Source of the DNA: Gracilinanus agilis
Lineage: Eukaryota
Direction of reading: 5' to 3'
NCBI RefSeq assembly: GCF_016433145.1
Contig: NC_058131.1
Coordinates: 557,251,395 to 557,315,394 of the forward strand
DNA length: 64,000 nt
Part shown: piece after piece, positions 55,801 through 64,000 of the stretch
How positions within the stretch are numbered: position 1 is the first letter of the stretch
How the letters are laid out: each line of letters opens with the position of its first letter
The notes under the pieces: generated by a model
Databases searched by the model: none
What the model was told of the DNA's origin: nothing
What the model saw: the letters and a program-made list of their open reading frames with translations, nothing else
Translations under genes and position numbers: made by a program

Positions 55801-58800
55801 AAATTCTCTTCCCTTCTAATTTACTCTAGCCTGGCTGTTATTCTCTATTGCTTTAGTCATAGGCCCTGGAGGCATATAGCTTTACATCTCTACAGCTCTG
55901 TTTAGGATATCCAAAAGATTTAGCTACAGCTTTAAGCCACTAAAGTTATTAAATACGTAGGTATATAATATATTGCTATTTTAAAATACATAAGCTCCTT
56001 TACATGTTATGTATTTGTGAAAGCATTTAAACAGATATATACCTCCATAGGCAGGACATGCATGCTCAAGACCAGAATCAGACTGGCCCTCCGACTTGGG
56101 CAGACCTATGACAGGGAGTAGTTGCTCATGTTTTTCTGAGAAATGAGAATGAGCTCATTCCAGTCTAGCTGTCTAGACTGCTTGGCAAGAAGTTGGAGGT
56201 GCAGAGAATTTTAAAGAAGTAGTGTAGAATATATTTGGTGTTTATTAATGTCTTAGATTCCTTATCTCCTTGGAGGATCTTGGAGAAGCTATAATTAAGG
56301 ACTATTTGCTTAAATCTTGAAAATAAAAGGAGTCCAGGGAAATGGCAAGAAAAAAATAACAGGTATGTAATGAGAGGTCATGCAAAAAAATGCACCATAA
56401 CTAATATGGACAATAAAGTTAGCTCATATTTTTTTTTTCTTATATACTCTGTGAGTGCCACTGGCACTTCTGACCACTTCTGCCCTACTTGGGTCCTGAT
56501 TGATTAGTCTTTGTGTTGCTTTTTTCAAAATGGCTCTATCCCAACTTTAAAAAAAAAATCTTATTTGTGAACTTAACAATCATTATCAAATAGATATTTT
56601 TCAGCATACCAAGAGGGTAAGAAAAGAGGATTAGAAACTGAGTTTATGGGCAGGTAGATGGTTCAATAGATTAAGAGCCAGGCCTAGAAATACAGAGGTC
56701 CTGGGTTCAGATGTGATCAAGAAACTTCTTAGCTGTGTGACCCTGGAGACACTTAAACTCCAATGCCTAACCCTGACTACTCTTCTGCCTTGAAATTGAT
56801 ACTTAATATTGATTCTAAGACAGAGAAAGAGTCAGGGTTTATATATGTGTGTGTGTGTATTTTTTTTTTTTTTTTTTTTTTTTTGTATTTTAAACCCTTA
56901 ACTTCTGTGTATTGACTGATAGGTGGAAGAGTGGTAAGGGTAGGCAATGGGGGTCAAGTGACTTGCCCAGGGTCACACAGCTGGGAAGTGTCTGAGACCG
57001 GATTTGAACCTAGGACCTCCCGTCTCTAGGCCTGGCTCTCAATCCACTGAGCTACCCAGCTGCCCCTGTATTTTTTTTTTAATTGGTATATGAGTAAGCA
57101 ATGAGGTTAAGTGATTCCCAAGGTTCATACAGCTAAGAAATATCTTGATCTGATTTGAACCCAGGACCCTCCCATCTTTGGGCATGGTCCTCAATCCACT
57201 GAACTGTCTATCCCCAATTTACAGTTTAAAAAAAGACACATTTAGCAAAATGGTAACAATTGCTCTTTACTTTCCCTTTGGTACTTTTTTCCTCTGAATT
57301 AAAAAAAAGTTTATTAGTACTCTTTTCCCTCCGGTATCATTACCCACCTTTTCCCCCAACCTCCACCTCCAATTAGAAGCCCTTCTAAACCCCCTTCTTG
57401 AGTATACCCCAACTCCTGGGCCATTTTATTCCCAGAGGTGTAGGTTGGCCACTTTTTATTAGAAATGGCATTTAAGAGACTGATTTATATTTTATATATA
57501 TATATTCATATATATATATGATAAATTATTATTGTATATATAATATAATAATATAAAATAGCTATTATATGAGGAGAGACCAGAAAACTAGTCCTTTGGC
57601 CTATTCCTTACCAATGGGTCTTTCATTCTCTGCCCTTTTCATTCTACCCTGATTTGTCCCCCTCTTGAGTTCTGAGGCTTCTTGGTTGGCAGCTGAGGCA
57701 GCAGAATAACTGAGAACCAGTATAATAGCATCCTATACCAGAGACATTCTTACCCTCTATCATGGGGTCTCAATCCTGGAAGATATTGAGTAGTACATAG
57801 CTCATATTTTTCATTTTTCCTGAGGGTGGTCATAAACCCTGAGGGAGCTGTTCAGTTCCTGTCCCTTCAGAGGACCAGATAATGAGAAGCAACAACCCCT
57901 GTTGAATTCATCCCGATTCTCTTTTCCCCACGTAGTACCAGGTCACGCAGGGCGATTGGTATTTGGATACTTAAATGACAAATGCTGTGTGATGATGCAG
58001 GGCCGATTCCACATGTATGAAGGCTATCCGCTTTCGAAGGTAAGTTTGATGCCTAGACACAGGGGGGTGATTCCTTTTAGAAAGGGAGAGAAATTTCATT
58101 AAACACAAACCTTTTCCTGACTACGTTATTATTGGGTCAGTTCCTGTTTCCTCAGCCACGTATTAATCTTTAGAGATTGGCTCATTACTTTTAACTATGA
58201 GATACTTTTGGCATGTAGATGTTGGCATAATAAGAATCTGGGCATTTGAAAGCACAGTCAGGCAAAAGGACTGAGCTTATGTCAGGAAGGCTTTGTACCT
58301 TTATCATTTTAGGGGGTGGCCGGGAGAGAATGTGTCTAAAGCAGTGGTTCCCAAACTTTTTTGGCCTATCGCCCTCTTTCCAGAAAAAATATTACTTAGC
58401 GCCCCTGGAAATTAAATTTTTTTTTTAATAGCAATTAATAGGAAAGATAAATGTGCATGTGGCCATCACCACTTTCCTGGATCACTGCAGCACCCACCAG
58501 GGGGTGGTAGTGCCCACTTTGGGAATCACTGGTCTAAATCTCTAGGGGAATATGTCATGGTTATAAGATTAAGCTTCCTATTTGTGCTCCCTCTCCATGA
58601 CAGTATAGTTTCTATCCTCTATTTGACATAGTGGCAAGAATATTGGATTTGGAGTGCTCCCTGTATGACCTTAGGTGAATCACTTAACCTGCCTTGTGCC
58701 TCAATTTCTCTGGCTATAAAATAGAAAGGCTAGACAAAAATATCTTAAGATCCTTTCCAGGCCTTTTTTTGCCTCTCTTTTTCTCCCTATCTCTTTCTCA

Positions 58801-60772
58801 TGTTATCTTTTACTTTGAGGCTTTTGTCGATTAAAATTCCTGGGTCCCTGATATTTATCCTTTTGACTCTTCAGGTGGCATTCCCTGTGAGAGTTTTCCA
58901 ACTTATGAATGTGCACACATTAATTGTCACCAATGCTGCTGGTGGACTGAACCCTGAGTATGAAGTTGGGGATGTTATGCTGATCCGAGACCATATCAAC
59001 TTGGCAGGTCTCAGTGGCCAAAATCCACTCAGAGGACCCAATGATAAAAGGTATGTGGACTTCATTCTTAGAGGATAGAGCCAAAAGTCATTTTCTGCAC
59101 TTTGATGGTCAGAGGAAGTGATGCTGACCAGTTCCCATTCATTTTCAGATTTGGAGAAAGGTTTCCTCCCATGTCTGACGCTTATGACCGAATTTTGAGA
59201 CAGAAAGCCCATGGCATCTGGAAACAAATGGATCAAGAACGACCACTACATGAAGGAACTTATGTTATGGTGGGAGGCCCCAGCTTTGAAACCATCGCAG
59301 AGTGTCGGTTTCTGCAGAAAATAGGGGCTGATGCTGTGGGTAAGTAGGGAGTCCTGGTAGAATTCTGCCTGCAGAGGAGATTGGAGTTAAATCCTGAAGA
59401 GCTGAAAAGGAAACTGAAGGTTCCATTTAGATTAGTTATTTAGATAAATGCATGATTGGGGGGGGGGGGATGGAATAACAGTATCTCTAACTTTTTCTTA
59501 TCAACTAAATTTTGAATGTTAAAAGTCAGTGCTTGACTTAATACTTATTGGTTTAATATCTGTTCATCTGTGAAGAAAGCTAAAGTTTTACAAACCAGTG
59601 TGTTTATCAGTGTATAAAATCAAGAGATTTCCCCAGACTGTTCTAAGCATTTTACAAATATTTGATCCTCAAAACAACCTTGCAAGGGGGGTGCTATTAT
59701 CTTCATTTTACAATTGAGGAAATTGATGCAAACAGGTTAAGTGACTTACCGACAGTCACTCAGCTAGTGTCTTGAGGTTGTATTTGAATTCAGGTCTTCC
59801 TGATTAGGACTGCCAGCTTCCTCTGTAGACAAACTTTTAAGAGCTTACTGTGTGTCCTTTCCTCAAAGAGCTCCCTTTTAAAAATTCTTAGTTATTTCTA
59901 AGACAGTAAAGTTAAAAGATAGAAGGGCAAGGACTAGGGGAATGTGGTTAAGTGACTTGCTTAGGATCACAAAGCTAGGACCTGTCTGAGGTCAGATTTT
60001 CCATGTCCTCCAAAATCCAGGCCTGGTACTATATCCACAACACATTCTTATTTTATTTGGGATCAGACAAGTTGGATTAAAATTTCAGTTCTTTACTACT
60101 ACCTGTGTGTGAACTTGGGCAAGCTGTTTTATCTGTAAAATGAGGGGTGTGGATATTAAGCAGTTTTTAAGGTTCCTCCCATCTCTAAAAGAGATCCCCA
60201 TCTATGAAAGGAACTCAAATTTTAGTGAGGGAAGACCTCACCCTCCACCCCCATACATAAAGGAGATTGTACCCTTACTGATCATTGAAACTTAAAAACT
60301 GAAATCAGCCATTTCATATCAAGAATTCCAAACTCCAGCAGAACACTCCCTTTCAAGAAATATCACAAAAACCTAAGAGAAATTGTTGATAACTGTCCCT
60401 TTATGGGGCTTGCCAGGTTGGTGGTCCTAATAGTTTCTCTACTCTACTATGACCTCTCTTGGAAAATGGGCTTGATCTGGTCAGGACAGCCCTGAACTGG
60501 TGATGAGGCCTTTGTCTTGACACAGCTCCCTTTCTTTCCCCACAACAGGCATGAGCACGGTACCAGAAGTGATAGTGGCTAGGCATTGTGGCCTTCGGGT
60601 CTTTGGATTCTCCCTTATTACAAACAAATCAATATTGGACTATGAAACCCACGAGACTGCCAATCATGAAGAGGTACTGATGGCTGGGCAGCAGGCTGCC
60701 AAGAAGTTGGAACAATTTGTCTGTATTCTTGTGGAAAACATGCAGCCACCATCATTGGAAAAGACTTTTTGA
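52808..60772 (+). CDS. PNP: Purine nucleoside phosphorylase, 291 aa
   Basis: join(52808..52818,55241..55410,57936..58039,58875..59050,59149..59339,60549..60772) = 876 nt, all introns [51 protein letters not shown]. Confidence 0.97.
56648..56842 (+). mobile_element. Diverged opossum-type SINE in PNP intron 2
   Basis: Homologous to the SINE consensus seen elsewhere in the window. Confidence 0.75.
56861..57066 (-). mobile_element. Young opossum-type SINE in PNP intron 2
   Basis: Near-identical to the copies at 2036 and 3370. Poly-T on the plus strand, TSD tgtattttt. Confidence 0.9.
58342..58531. mobile_element. hAT/Charlie-type MITE (190 bp) in PNP intron 3
   Basis: TIRs cagtggttcccaaa / tttgggaatcactg (13/14 match). 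8-bp TSD gtctaaag / gtctaaat. Confidence 0.9.
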
Positions 60773-61176
60773 CCTCTCCTTCCCTGCTGCCTCTATTTCA
60801 TTCCAGATTGTGGCCAGGTTTAATCCTTGCTGAGCCACTTAGCTCCCTTCCTTAAGGTGTTGGTAGAAGAAATGTGGGTATTATATCAACTTAACCTATT
60901 AGACCCCCTTCCTAATGTTATCTAATTCTCTTTTTTATTCCTTTGGTCCCTTCCCTCTAAAGCTGGATCATTCCATTGTAGCTCCTAACCCACAGCCAAC
61001 ATTCTTCATTCCACCTCTAGTGGATGTGAGGATTAAGTCCACATTGCACTAAAGCTGCTGCTAATATTTTGAAAGGACTACTACTCTTATATTCCCTGGG
61101 GCATATTCTCTGCCATCCTATGACTTCTGAGACTTTGGTCCCAGACCAGTGTGTTTTACAAATAGTACTATGCAGG

Positions 61177-61182
61177 AATAAA
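61177..61182 (+). terminator. Candidate PNP poly(A) signal (alternative AATAAA near 61460)
   Basis: AATAAA ~400 nt after the stop. Confidence 0.45.
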
Positions 61183-61689
61183 AAGATAGCCAGACAGAAA
61201 TGTTTTTGCTTTTCTGTGCAGGGTGGGGATAAATATAGTTTAAGCTCTAAGAATATTGTATAAAAATATGTATTGAAGTATGACGATGACAAGGATAGCC
61301 TACTTTCTCAGTTAATAGTGTATTTCAGAAGTTGTATATTAGTAAATTGTGCTCAGGGCATTAACAGGTAAGACAAGGAGCTGTGTTTTCTTTTATGTAG
61401 GGCTGATTTATAACAAGTAGACACATTAAGTGCCACTGTTAGGCTTTTTCAGAGATAAAATAAATAAAAGGTAGTTCTACTGTCCAAAGGCATTTGGTTG
61501 GTAGGGGGATATGAGATACATATACAATACAGTAGAATATAGTGCAACATTTAAGAGCCAGGAAAAAAAAGTTGGGAGGTTACTCAGGCAATTGATCAAC
61601 AGAAAAAAGGAGTTCAAAGTCCCACAGGCAACTACCAATCCAGGTGTAGAAACCAAGAACACATACTGAGAAGAGGAATCAGGAATTAT

Positions 61690-62400
61690 CTTCTTTCTTA
61701 GGATTCCTTAAGGGGGAGGATAGTGTGGATAAGGCTAATGGGTCTTAAATGCCTTGTTAAGGAATGTGGGTTAAACATTTTCAGTGAGGGAGACAGATGG
61801 GCAAAGTAATAGGAAATAGTGCGTTGGGAGGATGACTAGCAGCACCCCCAAATTAGAACAGAGCATCAGTTTCAAAACTTGGACAATAGTCCAACTGGTG
61901 GCCTAAACTATGCTGGTGTCAGTATTAATGGAAAAGAGTAATACAGTCAAGAGATGGCAAAGGTAGAATCCATAAGACTTGGCAACTAATTTGGGAGTTT
62001 GGGAGAAAGTTAAAAAAATGATTCCAAAGATTCTGGCCTTCAGAAAGTTGGAAAATAATGGTGCTATTAAATAGAAATTAGGAAGAATGGTGAATTTTAT
62101 GGGGAAAAGGAATGAATTGTTTTGAACTTGTCTAGTTGTGGTTGTATAGCAAGCAGATAAGAGATATATGCAGGAATGATCAGAACTGGAGATAGATTTG
62201 TGATATGTTTGTATAGGTCAACAGTTCTGGGAATAGATAAGGCTAAGAATGAAAGGTTCATGTGGTGGAGGTAAGGCAAGGATAGAACCAAGTTAATAGT
62301 TAATGGGGTGGGAAATGGTCTTAGAAAAGTCCCATTCGGTTTGGCAATTAGGAAGTCTGGTAACTTTAGAGAATAGTTTCATAAGAGTGTGAGTAGTAGC
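61690..62400 (-). mobile_element. Degraded LINE-2 fragment
   Basis: Purine-rich antisense L2-like sequence. Confidence 0.45.
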
Positions 62401-64000
62401 CATCAGATTACAGAGGTTTGGGTAAACAAGTGGTCAGGAAGCAGCTAAACAATGTTCTTGGCCTTCTGAATTTTAACCAATGAACTAGGGTTTTCCTATA
62501 TGTATAGCATTGTGACTACTAGGATGAAACAAAGGAAGGTATTGTGCTTCCCGGATAGCCTTCTCCCCCCCAGGACAAGTAGCCCTTCATGCTACCTTAT
62601 GGTAGGTCAGAACCTCTACTCTGGTGCCTCTGGTTCCTAGCCAGTGCCCTATGTTCTCTGACCCCTTTCTCTAGAAAAACATACTTTTTTCAGGTAGCTA
62701 TTAATAGGAGGAAATGGTTTTATTTCTAAAGGAAAATTTCACAAAGTAAATGGTAGGTCTATATAGGAGTTAATATTCTGGGTTGGACTCCAAAACCATG
62801 TCTATCAGGATGTCTGACTTTCTTACTTAGCTATGCCCAGCACATAGGTAGCCGGTGCCATGTTGTCACAATTCATATAATCTGCCATTAGCATCTGCTT
62901 TTACTTTTGACAGAATTAAGCAATTCTGGACCGAGACTACCTTCTGCATTTCTCTTTTTAAGATAAGCACCCAACTGTAACTTTATTTTAATTGGAGAAA
63001 AGGCTCAAATTTAGGATCCCTATTAGGGTGGATAAAATTAAACCAAGAGCTGGATTTGGACCAGGAACTTATTAGCCTGTTCTGTATCTTTTAGTACTAT
63101 GGTTCAGCTCATTGGTAGCACTAAAAAGTTGGAACCACACAACCTGAGAATTAAGGATCCAAGAGTGTCTGGTGGCTTATCAGGACTAAACATAGCGTTA
63201 TTATTAGTAAATATAATTTGCAGTATTTGATGGGAAGACAGGTCAAATAGAGGTTCGCAGATGTCCTATTTACAAAGCTCAGCTAGGACTTGTACTCTGC
63301 TTGGTAGTATGTTGAACACTGGAGTAAAATGACTACTCAATTTCACTTTGATTTAGAAGTTGAATTATTTTGTGGTGTCCCAGCAATATCAGAAGCCAAC
63401 ATGTGAAGGTAGGGAGAGTAAAAATTAACCTTGGGAGAGGTTTATAGTTAAATTCCATGCCTTTTGTCTCGCTATTCCCTATGCTTTAAATGTCCTAAGA
63501 AACAATTCCTCTCTGCCCTTCATCCTGTTTAACCCCTTTAAAAAATGCTTTTTTAAAAAAGGTTTACCTCTTTTTAAAAAAAATGCCACCTTCAAGAAAC
63601 CTAATTTAAAATTCCAATAAGAAATGAACTTGAATAGCTCTTTGTACTTGATCTATAGTTCTGTTTATGTTTTGTGTGTATTTCATATCCTAAATGATTG
63701 TACACTATGAGAATAATTGCCTTAATTACATTTTATATATCACCTAGTTTAATAAATGGTCACTAAATAACTGGAAAATCGTAACTCAAATTTCTGCTTT
63801 ACAAAGTACTTTTCTCACACCAATCAATCAATAAATTCTGTATGCATTTTTTCATGCTTTATTGTGTATACTGCTTTGTCCTAGGTATTGGGGTGCCATA
63901 GGGAATTGGGAAGAAAAAACTGAACAATGAAGTGAATTGTGCATTTCCAGAGCAGTCTTACAAATACAAAATAACAGCTTGAACCCGTAAGGTGTGGGAC

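Noticed and set aside
62500-63400. Non-repetitive-looking stretch downstream of PNP
   Set aside because: No ORF, splice pattern or repeat family that I can support.

Overview
Mammalian genomic DNA, most likely a didelphid marsupial (opossum-type tRNA-derived SINEs, MIR/L2/L1 relics). The gene order matches human 14q11.2: KLHL33(-), OSGEP(-), APEX1(+), PIP4P1/TMEM55B(-), PNP(+). I spliced all five genes by hand with canonical GT-AG introns into open frames of 776, 335, 320, 284 and 291 aa. The main feature that the ORF track barely shows is an ~11.7 kb, 26-exon relic of a Na+/Cl- cotransporter gene (NCC-type SLC12, probably SLC12A10/NCC2) between KLHL33 and OSGEP. Most of its exons match the exon sizes I recall for SLC12A3, but it carries at least 7 premature stops, about 7 frameshifts and about 8 broken splice sites, so it is a unitary pseudogene. 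Other points: tandem-BTB long KLHL33 with a MEF2/TATA-like promoter element, an E-box/CCAAT cluster upstream of PIP4P1, two solo LTRs with TSDs inside OSGEP, hAT MITEs with TSDs, and a perfect 42-bp inverted repeat. All coordinates were counted by hand. Human comparisons come from memory, not from a search.
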